A stretch of DNA of 64,000 nt from an uncultured virus (IMG/VR IMGVR_UViG_3300042891_001399) (lineage: Duplodnaviria; Heunggongvirae; Uroviricota; Caudoviricetes). A model generated the notes under the pieces. The model saw nothing but the letters and a program-made list of their open reading frames with translations, had not been told where the DNA came from and ran no database searches. Location: IMG/VR virus record IMGVR_UViG_3300042891_001399. One strand, 5' to 3'. The translations under genes and the position numbers were made by a program. Below are positions 11,672-19,976 of this stretch, in pieces (positions within the stretch are counted from its first letter, which is position 1; each line of letters opens with the position of its first letter).

Positions 11672-11691
11672 TAGTATAATAATTCAAGACA

Positions 11692-11736
11692 ATGATGTAG
11701 ATTAACACATATAAAATTTTAGGAAGACCTCCATAA
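11692..11736 (+). CDS. putative leader peptide MM*INTYKILGRPP with in-frame amber at codon 3
   Basis: ATG ATG TAG ATT AAC ... AGA CCT CCA TAA. Confidence 0.6.
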
Positions 11737-11803
11737 TAGAACTCTGACCGACCAGCTAAATTGGCACTCGGTTAGAAGACTATGATGGAGGTATTTTCAT
11801 TTT
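11723..11803 (+). promoter_or_regulatory. attenuator/terminator-like long hairpin overlapping the leader-peptide stop
   Basis: acctccat/atggaggt, atag/ctat, tctgaccga/tcggttaga, followed by attttcatttt. Confidence 0.65.
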
Positions 11804-11828
11804 AAACAAAAAATAAAAAAAAACAATT

Positions 11829-12188
11829 ATGAACAACTAGATTAACGAAACAAAATTAATTATCATCACACGAAGTGATATCACAAACGGCTACCAAGTA
11901 GTACAATCAACACATTCAATTGCTGACTTCGCTTTTGAATTTCCAGAAACATTTTCTAAATGGAAATCTGAATCAAATTCTATCATCTGTTTATCAGTTA
12001 AAAACGAATTTGAACTCAAAAAACTTTATCATAAGTATAAAGACCTAACTGATTCAGTTATGTTTTTTGAACCTGATGTAAATCAGTTTACCTCTTTATG
12101 CCTATATGGTACTCCTAAAACCCGTAAAAGCCTTTCTCACTTACCATTGGCTCTAAAAAATAAAACTACAGAAAATGAAACTATTTAA
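11829..12188 (+). CDS. PTH2-like peptidyl-tRNA hydrolase with in-frame TAG at codon 4 (absent from ORF track)
   Basis: MNN*INETKLIIITRSDITNGYQVVQSTHSIADF...SIICLSVKNEFEL...FFEPD...TSLCLYG...LSHLPL; no other stop in 119 codons. Confidence 0.75.
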
Positions 12189-12873
12189 TTTATTCAAAAA
12201 GAAAAAAGCTACACCAGTAGCACCAGTTAAAAATCACTTTAATAGTGAGACTATGACTTATACAATAAACAATAAAGAATATGCTATTTCTGATAGTCAA
12301 CTAATTAAAATTCAAGCCGTTGCTGAAGATGTCCATTTATATGGTTGGTCGCTTGAAGTTAGATGGAAAGACACAAAAGGCGAATGGTATAGTTGGATGA
12401 CCTATTGGAATCATCGTATCTACACAAGTAGGTCGTCTGCTTTAGATGCTGCAACTAAAGTATATCCAAGTTATCATGATGGATATGAGTGGAGAATTTT
12501 ACCTATTTATAAAATGACTGAACCAGAATATAGAGAATATAAAATTGACCAGTTGTTGATGCCAAATAGAGCAAATAAAGAACCAAAAATTTATGAGATT
12601 AAAGCTTGGAAAGTAAAAGAAGATTGTGAGATAAAATATGAAAGAAATAACATGACTTACAAATATTCAAAGAGTACTTTGTTTATTCAAATGGAAGATG
12701 GTAATATTAGATTAGTTAAAAATTCAACCGAATCTAATAGTATTATCTACTCACATGCTAGAATGATACTAGATGATCTTATTAAAAATGAACAAGTAGA
12801 AGAAGTAAATATCAAAAATGAAAAGTGGGCTCATCCGCACTTATGTAAAGAATTAAAACGTAAAATAAAATAA
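12175..12873 (+). CDS. hypothetical protein
   Basis: ORF overlapping PTH2-like gene end by 14 nt. Confidence 0.7.
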   Translation: MKLFNLFKKKKATPVAPVKNHFNSETMTYTINNKEYAISDSQLIKIQAVAEDVHLYGWSLEVRWKDTKGEWYSWMTYWNHRIYTSRSSALDAATKVYPSYHDGYEWRILPIYKMTEPEYREYKIDQLLMPNRANKEPKIYEIKAWKVKEDCEIKYERNNMTYKYSKSTLFIQMEDGNIRLVKNSTESNSIIYSHARMILDDLIKNEQVEEVNIKNEKWAHPHLCKELKRKIK

Positions 12874-12875
12874 TT

Positions 12876-13463
12876 ATGATGTAGATTACAAAACAAGAAT
12901 TAATTCAGAAAATGTCTGAATGTGAACAGACCAAAGGTCAGTCTGTTTTAGAACACGGTACTTCAGTTAAAAACTACTTATTTGATTTAATTAATCATTT
13001 AAGAAGTAACACACCATTACAATATGAATGGAAATTACCTGATTGGGTTCTAGAAAATAAAGACCTTCTTTTATCATCCCTACCAGATGATGAGACTTTA
13101 GAATTATACACAATCTATCACGATTGTGGTAAACCTTTTTGTTTAGAAATAGACGAGAATGGTAAAAGACACTTCCCAAATCATGCGGAAGTTTCTTATC
13201 AAATTTTTAACCAAGTATTTAATAACTCAGTTGCTGCTGATTTAATACTACACGATATGGATATTCATTTATTGAAGTCTGATGGTGTTGTAGAATTCTG
13301 TCAGAACCCTCACGCCTTAACTTTATTGTTAACGGGTTTAGCCGAGTTACATTCAAATTCTCAAATGTTCGGTGGTCTTGATTCAACCTCTTTCAAGATT
13401 AAATGGAAATGTATTAACCAAAGAGGTAAACAAATTATTAATCAATTAAAAAATAAAAACTAA
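12876..13463 (+). CDS. HD-domain phosphohydrolase with in-frame TAG at codon 3 (ORF track start 12912)
   Basis: H..YHDCGKP..HFPNHA..HDM motifs; ATG ATG TAG ATT ACA AAA CAA GAA TTA ATT CAG AAA ATG in frame, 2 nt after the upstream stop. Confidence 0.75.
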
Positions 13464-13467
13464 TATT

Positions 13468-13848
13468 ATGAAAACAACAGAACAAATTAAACAAGAAATC
13501 GTTAACTATTTAACAAAAACATCTCAACACACTTTTGTGAAACCAAAATCAACTTACAAATGGAGTCAAACAGGACCTCAATATGAGTATGACTACAATG
13601 AGTTTACCTACTTCAAAGTTATAAAAATTGAAGATGAATTCTTCAAACTTGAAAATGGTAATGGTCAAAATACACCAATAACTTACAAGTTAACTAAAAT
13701 TGATATTGATAACTATATCAAATACAACGGTAACAACTCTAAATGTGTTCTTAGTAATTGGCTCTTCTTAGATAAGAAAATGAAAAGTGTTAAAAGTAAC
13801 AAGTATCATTTGGGAGAAATTGAGAATATACTTGAGAGTATTAAGTAA
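13468..13848 (+). CDS. hypothetical protein
   Basis: Last ORF of the operon before a terminator. Confidence 0.7.
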   Translation: MKTTEQIKQEIVNYLTKTSQHTFVKPKSTYKWSQTGPQYEYDYNEFTYFKVIKIEDEFFKLENGNGQNTPITYKLTKIDIDNYIKYNGNNSKCVLSNWLFLDKKMKSVKSNKYHLGEIENILESIK

Positions 13849-13878
13849 AAAGAAACCCACCTAATTGGTGGGTTTTTT
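13849..13878. terminator. bidirectional intrinsic terminator
   Basis: aaacccacc-taatt-ggtgggtttttt between convergent genes. Confidence 0.8.
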
Positions 13879-14332
13879 ATTTATTATTAATAATGTTTTT
13901 AATAACATGTATTGTTAACCAATTTTCAGCATTTGGAATCATTTGAAGAAAAGAGTATTCATATTCATAACATTCTAACTCTTCTTTTTTTGGTTCTAAC
14001 ACTATGTGTTTCTTTTGAATAAGTAAGTGATGTGACTCATGAACTATGATACAAGCTAAATTATTAACTGATCCTATTTTCATATCTCTTACTGAAATAG
14101 CAACTGTTGCCGAGTCTTGAGTTGTTGAGAATCCTCCCATCCAATAAGTAATATGATTACAATACTCAGAAACCTCTTTATAGTGAGCAGGGCTGGTCTT
14201 TTTTATCAAAGTGAGAGCTGAGTCTACTTTTAGTTTCCAACCATCTCCAACGTCATCTATTTGAATCTGTGAGAACCCTGTTGTTGCTAATAACAATCCA
14301 ATTGTTACTATTAAGGCATTTTTGATACGCAT
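13877..14332 (-). CDS. secreted zincin-like metallopeptidase
   Basis: Signal peptide; IVHESHH plus downstream EE. Confidence 0.6.
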   Translation of the reverse strand: MRIKNALIVTIGLLLATTGFSQIQIDDVGDGWKLKVDSALTLIKKTSPAHYKEVSEYCNHITYWMGGFSTTQDSATVAISVRDMKIGSVNNLACIIVHESHHLLIQKKHIVLEPKKEELECYEYEYSFLQMIPNAENWLTIHVIKNIINNK

Positions 14333-14766
14333 ATTATTATCCCCTTCTTGATGGCAGAGGAAACAGCTGTTTGACTAAATGGTACTTTACCATCAACCAG
14401 TTCAATTAGAACTGCTCTTACTTCAACTTCTGATTCTCCTATACCCTCATATTTTTGATCTTTATAGTAAACTCTAACACCAACCTGAGTTAATTGATCA
14501 GTTTTTTCAACACCTAAAACTCTAAGTGATGTTTTTGGAGTCCCAAAATAAAATATTTCTACCTTAACTGGATCACCAGAATCAGATAGACAGTACTTAT
14601 TGGACATCTCGTCTTCTACAATTTGTTTGATACCAAATCTGATATCTCTTCTACCCAAGTCTTTTGCTTTACAAGTAGAATATACTGAGTCAACAACTAC
14701 ACAAGTTTGTTGTGCGAATGTTAAAAGTGGAAATAAAAATATTAATGTTAGTAGTAAATTTTTCAT
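14311..14766 (-). CDS. secreted protein, CsgG-like fold candidate
   Basis: Signal peptide; resembles the 18080 protein (GIGES / GLGEA; FSQTAV / FNQSTI). Confidence 0.5.
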   Translation of the reverse strand: MKNLLLTLIFLFPLLTFAQQTCVVVDSVYSTCKAKDLGRRDIRFGIKQIVEDEMSNKYCLSDSGDPVKVEIFYFGTPKTSLRVLGVEKTDQLTQVGVRVYYKDQKYEGIGESEVEVRAVLIELVDGKVPFSQTAVSSAIKKGIIICVSKMP

Positions 14767-14783
14767 AGTTTATATATTATTTT

Positions 14784-15971
14784 TTAATTTGAGAATCCGG
14801 TTCTTATTAAATAGAAGTTTGTTGTGCCACCATTTACTGGTGTTATTATCATTGATTGAACACCTGGATTTGTAAGTCTCGTATCACTTGTTCCGTTTTT
14901 AATAGCATTCCATTGTGTTGGTGTAAATATTCTATAATTAGGTGATGATGGAAAATTAGCAAAACGACCTGATATCTTACCAAATATGTTATAAGAATCG
15001 GAAACTGTTATCTTTCCATCCATATTAATATCTTGTAGATAATACAACTTAGTATTTAGTGTTGTGTTGTTTATACTCATTTGTAGTGGATAGGCAGCTT
15101 CAGTGATTGTTAAACTTAATGATAAATTTTCCAATCTCACTTGAAAATCATGAGAAGCATCATCAAGATTAGGAACCATGTTATATTGACCGGATAGGTT
15201 AGTTAAATAAGTTCCCTTGAGCGTAAATTGAGTTTCAGGTGCTGATGGTGTAAATCTAACTGAATAATTTGTAACACTCCACTGAGAAGCGTTTCTACCT
15301 CCTACAGGAACAACAGTTGAAACGGAGGTTGCTATTAAACCAGCCGTTGCGTTATTACTACCACATAAAGGTTTTGAAGCATAATTTATATCTATTATAT
15401 TTGAAGATTCATATAAAATGAATTGAAAAGTGTGTAGATTTGTTCGACAACTATAATGTGGAACAGCATTAAAAGATATTGTCAGAGTTCTATTAGGTGA
15501 TGTTCCTGATGTCACATAACGAATATTAGAAGCACCCGGAAATAAGTCTTCCCAATCGGCTAAAATAGCGTTAGTTGGAGAAGATGAATTTGGAATAAAA
15601 GCGGCAGTATATCCTGTTGTTTGTCCTGCGCTAAATCCTATCCAACCATTAGACCCAATATAAAATTGAGTATAATTATTTCCAAAATAATTAAAAGTAA
15701 ACCCTATATTAAATGGTCCGTGTGTAACATCATCGGAAGAAGATACTACAGTTCCTGTCGTATAATTAGGTGAGGATGGGTAGGTTGGAAATGTTACTTC
15801 ATATTGAACAATTCTTTTACCAAATAAATAAACAGGTATATTTGATAAACCTTGATCATTCGCTCCATAAACAAAACCAGAATGAGTGAATGGTTGAGCA
15901 TTTAGAATCAAAGTATTTATTACTAAAATTAAAGTTATTAGACATTTCATATTAATTATTAATTTTATCAT
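14784..15971 (-). CDS. secreted protein with nidogen-like beta domain and dockerin-like motif
   Basis: IGFTFNYFG..YIGSNGWIGF..WEDL; DINMDGKITVSD. Confidence 0.6.
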   Translation of the reverse strand: MIKLIINMKCLITLILVINTLILNAQPFTHSGFVYGANDQGLSNIPVYLFGKRIVQYEVTFPTYPSSPNYTTGTVVSSSDDVTHGPFNIGFTFNYFGNNYTQFYIGSNGWIGFSAGQTTGYTAAFIPNSSSPTNAILADWEDLFPGASNIRYVTSGTSPNRTLTISFNAVPHYSCRTNLHTFQFILYESSNIIDINYASKPLCGSNNATAGLIATSVSTVVPVGGRNASQWSVTNYSVRFTPSAPETQFTLKGTYLTNLSGQYNMVPNLDDASHDFQVRLENLSLSLTITEAAYPLQMSINNTTLNTKLYYLQDINMDGKITVSDSYNIFGKISGRFANFPSSPNYRIFTPTQWNAIKNGTSDTRLTNPGVQSMIITPVNGGTTNFYLIRTGFSN

Positions 15972-18079
15972 AATGCAAATCTTGTCCCCATCATAACCGT
16001 GAAGTTAAGAACATTCTCACCTAAGGCATATGTTCCGCCTAAATTCACGTTTAGTTTGAATTTTTTTGTTACACCTATGTTTGTACCGATAATAGGCATG
16101 ATGACATAAGGGGATTTTAAAACCATGTCATTGTAATAACTAATGTAAGGAGCATATATAAATAAATTTGTAAGTTTAATTTGAGTTCTTTTACCAACCT
16201 TAAAGTCATACATACCACCAGCAATAAAAGCAGTGCCTATGAATTTTGTACCGTAGACATTACCATATGATGATGTAGCCATATAAATAGCTTTAAGATT
16301 TTTAACTTTAGAGAAACTCCACATCTGACCAAGTGCAACAGTTCCGTATAAAGAACCTTTGCCGTAGAAACTTGTAGTACCTGTAACAGATATCAAGTTA
16401 ATTCTTCTCTTTTTAATTGTTGCAAAAAAAGCTGTGAAGTTAGGACCTTTATTTGCTGATGTATAGTCTAACATAAAACCATGTGATCTAGAACCATCCC
16501 AGTTAAGTGATGTCCAACCGGCAGTACCTTTACCACCATAGTTAACATCACCTTGTTTAAAGTTAAATCCAGCAAAGTCTGAACTTAAAACAATTGTAGG
16601 TGCGTTACCTTTAGTTGGAGAACCATTTCCACTTGTGGAGTTTTGAATAGATCCAATAGATCCACCTAATATATTGGATGATTTCTTTTCTTCGGTTGTA
16701 GCAGCATCAGAACCTGAATTACCATTTGGATTTGAATTACCTGTTCCAGATCCATTAGTTCCGGTTCCACCAGTTGTTGATCCACCCGTAGTTCCACCGG
16801 TTGTAGTTTCACCAGTTGTTGATCCACCCGTAGTTCCACCGGTTGTAGTTTCACCAGTTGTTGATCCACCCGTAGTTCCACCGGTTGTAGATCCACCAGT
16901 TGTTGATCCACCCGTAGTTCCACCGGTTGTAGATCCACCAGTTGTTGATCCACCCGTAGTTTCACCGGTTGTAGATCCAGTTGTACTTCCACCAGTTGTT
17001 GATCCACCAGTTGTTGATCCAGTTGTACTTCCACCAGTTGTACTTCCACCAGTTGTTGATCCACTAGTAGATCCACCGGTTGTAGATCCAGTTGTACTTC
17101 CACCAGTTGTTGATCCACTAGATCCAGTTGTACTTCCACCAGTTGTTGATCCACTAGATCCAGTTGTACTTCCACCAGTTGTTGATCCACTAGTAGATCC
17201 ACCGGTTGTAGATCCAGTTGTACTTCCACCAGTTGTAGATCCACCAGTTGTAGATCCAGTTGTACTTCCACCGGTTGTAGATCCAGTTGTACCACCAGTT
17301 GTTGACCCATTAGTCTCACCACCAGTTGTTGATCCACCCGTAGTTCCAGCCGTAGTTTCAGCCGTAGTTCCACCGGATGTAGATCCAGTTGTTGACCCAC
17401 CCGTAGTTCCACCCGTAGTTCCACCCGTAGTTCCAGCCGTAGTTCCACCCGTAGTTCCAGCCGTAGTTCCACCGGATGTAGATCCAGTTGTTGACCCACC
17501 CGTAGTTCCACCTGATCCAGTTGTACCACCACCGGTTGTTGACACATCACTCGTTGATCCACCCGTAGTTCCACCTGGTCCAGTTGTACCACCACCGGTT
17601 GTTGACCCACCCGTAGTCCCACCAGTTGTTGATCCACCAGAGTTATTTTTTTTATTATTTTTCTTAGATGATTTACTTTCAGTTTTACTACTCTCAGTAA
17701 CACCATTTGTGTTTAATCCACCACCAGACATACTACTTAGAGCATCTAGTGTGTTCATAATACCCAATACGTTCATAGCAGTATTCTGAGCCATACTTAT
17801 ACTAGTACTAATACCAATAGTAGAACCACATGGATTATTACCACCAAATGAGCTATAAACACTATTAGCCCAATTGTTGAAGTTACCATTGGTAAAATCA
17901 GCAGGGCTAAAGGTATTCATTTGTCCAAAATAGTTAACAGTTACTCCATTTGTTGGAACATTAATTGTTTTTATATTGCCAGTACAGGGATCAGCATATG
18001 AATAAACATAAGTCTGAGCCTTTATTAGACCAGGTACAATACATAATAAAATTGCGAATATAAGACTCTTGACATACAT
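15968..18079 (-). CDS. secreted protein with long G/S/T linker and C-terminal beta-barrel-like domain
   Basis: Signal peptide; GGSTT repeats; amphipathic strands ending GTRFAL. Confidence 0.7.
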   Translation of the reverse strand: MYVKSLIFAILLCIVPGLIKAQTYVYSYADPCTGNIKTINVPTNGVTVNYFGQMNTFSPADFTNGNFNNWANSVYSSFGGNNPCGSTIGISTSISMAQNTAMNVLGIMNTLDALSSMSGGGLNTNGVTESSKTESKSSKKNNKKNNSGGSTTGGTTGGSTTGGGTTGPGGTTGGSTSDVSTTGGGTTGSGGTTGGSTTGSTSGGTTAGTTGGTTAGTTGGTTGGTTGGSTTGSTSGGTTAETTAGTTGGSTTGGETNGSTTGGTTGSTTGGSTTGSTTGGSTTGGSTTGSTTGGSTSGSTTGGSTTGSSGSTTGGSTTGSSGSTTGGSTTGSTTGGSTSGSTTGGSTTGGSTTGSTTGGSTTGGSTTGSTTGETTGGSTTGGSTTGGTTGGSTTGGSTTGGTTGGSTTGETTTGGTTGGSTTGETTTGGTTGGSTTGGTGTNGSGTGNSNPNGNSGSDAATTEEKKSSNILGGSIGSIQNSTSGNGSPTKGNAPTIVLSSDFAGFNFKQGDVNYGGKGTAGWTSLNWDGSRSHGFMLDYTSANKGPNFTAFFATIKKRRINLISVTGTTSFYGKGSLYGTVALGQMWSFSKVKNLKAIYMATSSYGNVYGTKFIGTAFIAGGMYDFKVGKRTQIKLTNLFIYAPYISYYNDMVLKSPYVIMPIIGTNIGVTKKFKLNVNLGGTYALGENVLNFTVMMGTRFAL
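16760..17640 (-). repeat. coding low-complexity tandem repeat (GGSTT/GGTT)n
   Basis: Degenerate 12-15 nt units. Confidence 0.9.
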
Positions 18080-18811
18080 TTATGATTTAAAAATGCCTTT
18101 TTTTATCAATCTACTAACTATTCGTGAACTTGCTGTTTCTAAGGCTTTTTTAGTTGTAATACCAATTGTGGATTGGTTAAACTTAACACCATCTTCGTCA
18201 ATACCATCTAAAATTGAAACGGTTTTAACAGTTGATGCTTCTCCTAAGCCAGAACCAACAATAACCTCACCGGTCTCAGCATCTACAAATTTAACTTGTA
18301 AACCTAATCTAGTAGTTTGTGTTGTCTTTGATTGTCCGTTAACTTTAACAACCTCATCTTCTGATACAGAGAAGTCATATACCTCAATATAAACAAAGTA
18401 TTTAGCAAGTTTAATCTTACCTCTACCATCTACTTTATTTTCGGTAAATCCTTTATCAGAAGCTTTAAATTGACTAACCATTCTTTCTTTGATTTCTAAT
18501 TTATCTTCAGTGAAGACAAAACGGTTAGTTATTTCTAAATATTCAATAACAATGTTTGTAACACCTAAACCTACTCTTTTTTCTTTAAGTTCAGGGTACA
18601 TCTCATACAACTCTTCTGTAAATCCAATTTTTAATAATTGAATAGGAACTTTAATTGTATCAGTATAATTTGAAACACTATCAATAGATTGTGTTTTTTC
18701 AAAAGAAGCTTTATATTCTTCTGTTTTTATTGTACCAATTTGTGCTTTAGCTGATTGAGCAAAGCACAAAATGAAGGTAAATAAAGATATTAGAGTTAGT
18801 AGTGATTTCAT
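18080..18811 (-). CDS. CsgG/HfaB-like secreted protein
   Basis: LEITNRFVFTE, LQVKFVDAETGEVI motifs; signal peptide. Confidence 0.7.
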   Translation of the reverse strand: MKSLLTLISLFTFILCFAQSAKAQIGTIKTEEYKASFEKTQSIDSVSNYTDTIKVPIQLLKIGFTEELYEMYPELKEKRVGLGVTNIVIEYLEITNRFVFTEDKLEIKERMVSQFKASDKGFTENKVDGRGKIKLAKYFVYIEVYDFSVSEDEVVKVNGQSKTTQTTRLGLQVKFVDAETGEVIVGSGLGEASTVKTVSILDGIDEDGVKFNQSTIGITTKKALETASSRIVSRLIKKGIFKS

Positions 18812-18830
18812 CTTAATTTTATTTTTTTAA

Positions 18831-19496
18831 TTATTCTCCTGATTCGCTTCTTAGTAATCCACAGATTTGACATTCTTCAAATCCATCACCGTCAGCATCT
18901 CCCCAAACGTGTTGGCAATTTCTATGTTCAAAATATTCATCAATATCACCATCACCATCAGTATCATAACCATCGTTAATACCATCACCATCTTCGTCTA
19001 TTTCAACCTTTTCAAATACTGGAGTTTCAACAACTTCTTCAACGATAGGTGATTCAGCAACTGGTGTGTAAACTTCTACTGGTTCAGCTTTTTTTTTCAT
19101 TGAAGATGTGTAGTCTGGCATTGGTGTTGATTCTTTTGGCGCATTTGGATAATCTTCTGCTACATTAGAAAGAGTAACACCGTCTTCTTCATCAACTTTT
19201 TGAATTAACATTTTATCTCTATCTTCAGAGTTGAACCAATAGTCAACTACTTTATTTAAGTTACCAACGAAGGCACCTAAAAGAATTAATAACATTTCTT
19301 TCCAGTCTTCACCGATAGTTTTACCAAAGAAAACACCAGCATTAATACCTACGATAATTAATGTGAACAATCCTAATACGATTGCTGTGATTCTCCATCT
19401 GTTTGCTTGCATTTGTTGAAGCATATAGTAGAATCTATTTTTATCTTCTACTTTTACATAATCTGTTTTACTACTAAAAAAGTTACTTAGTCCCAT
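18831..19496 (-). CDS. 2-TM membrane protein with DxDGDG Ca-binding-like repeats
   Basis: DEDGDG, DTDGDG, DADGDG; CQH..CQIC. Confidence 0.65.
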   Translation of the reverse strand: MGLSNFFSSKTDYVKVEDKNRFYYMLQQMQANRWRITAIVLGLFTLIIVGINAGVFFGKTIGEDWKEMLLILLGAFVGNLNKVVDYWFNSEDRDKMLIQKVDEEDGVTLSNVAEDYPNAPKESTPMPDYTSSMKKKAEPVEVYTPVAESPIVEEVVETPVFEKVEIDEDGDGINDGYDTDGDGDIDEYFEHRNCQHVWGDADGDGFEECQICGLLRSESGE

Positions 19497-19562
19497 AGTT
19501 TTAATTTATTTTTTATTTTTTTAGTTAACTGACTACCCATTCCTGAGAAGTCAATTAGAATA

Positions 19563-19901
19563 TTACCAAGGAGAATCAGTTTCGTCCTTTTTCTTTTCTT
19601 CTTTTTTCTCAGCTGGAGCTTTCTCAACAACTCTCTCACGAATTATTGTGTTAGTACCACCACCTGATTGTTTTTGTTGATTTGTGTTATTGTTTTCAAG
19701 GTTAACATTGATAACTGGTTGAGCAGCAGGAGCCACTTGTTCTGTTTTATGTTCTTCTTTAGATTCATCACTACCACCAAATAGGTGAGTTGTTACCCAA
19801 GTACCACCAGCTAAAATAGCCGTTGATAAACCTCCGATAATTGTCTTTTTTAATCCTGACCAAGTACCGTCATTTGTTTCTACATTTGTTTCTTCTGACA
19901 T
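19563..19901 (-). CDS. single-TM membrane protein
   Basis: Hydrophobic segment plus polar tail. Confidence 0.65.
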   Translation of the reverse strand: MSEETNVETNDGTWSGLKKTIIGGLSTAILAGGTWVTTHLFGGSDESKEEHKTEQVAPAAQPVINVNLENNNTNQQKQSGGGTNTIIRERVVEKAPAEKKEEKKKDETDSPW

Positions 19902-19976
19902 AATTGTATTTTATTTTTTTGTTTTTTGTAGCTAACCATCTACCCATTTCTGAGAAGTTGGTTAGGAGTTTATTTA

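Noticed and set aside
11829..12188. PTH2-like gene as a simple pseudogene
   Set aside because: The same TAG-ATT-A context recurs at the start of two other ORFs in the operon and the rest of the frame is intact
16666..17789. Long alternative-frame and antisense ORFs (VDPPVV.. / LQPVE..)
   Set aside because: Shadows of the GGSTT coding repeat, which lacks stops in other frames
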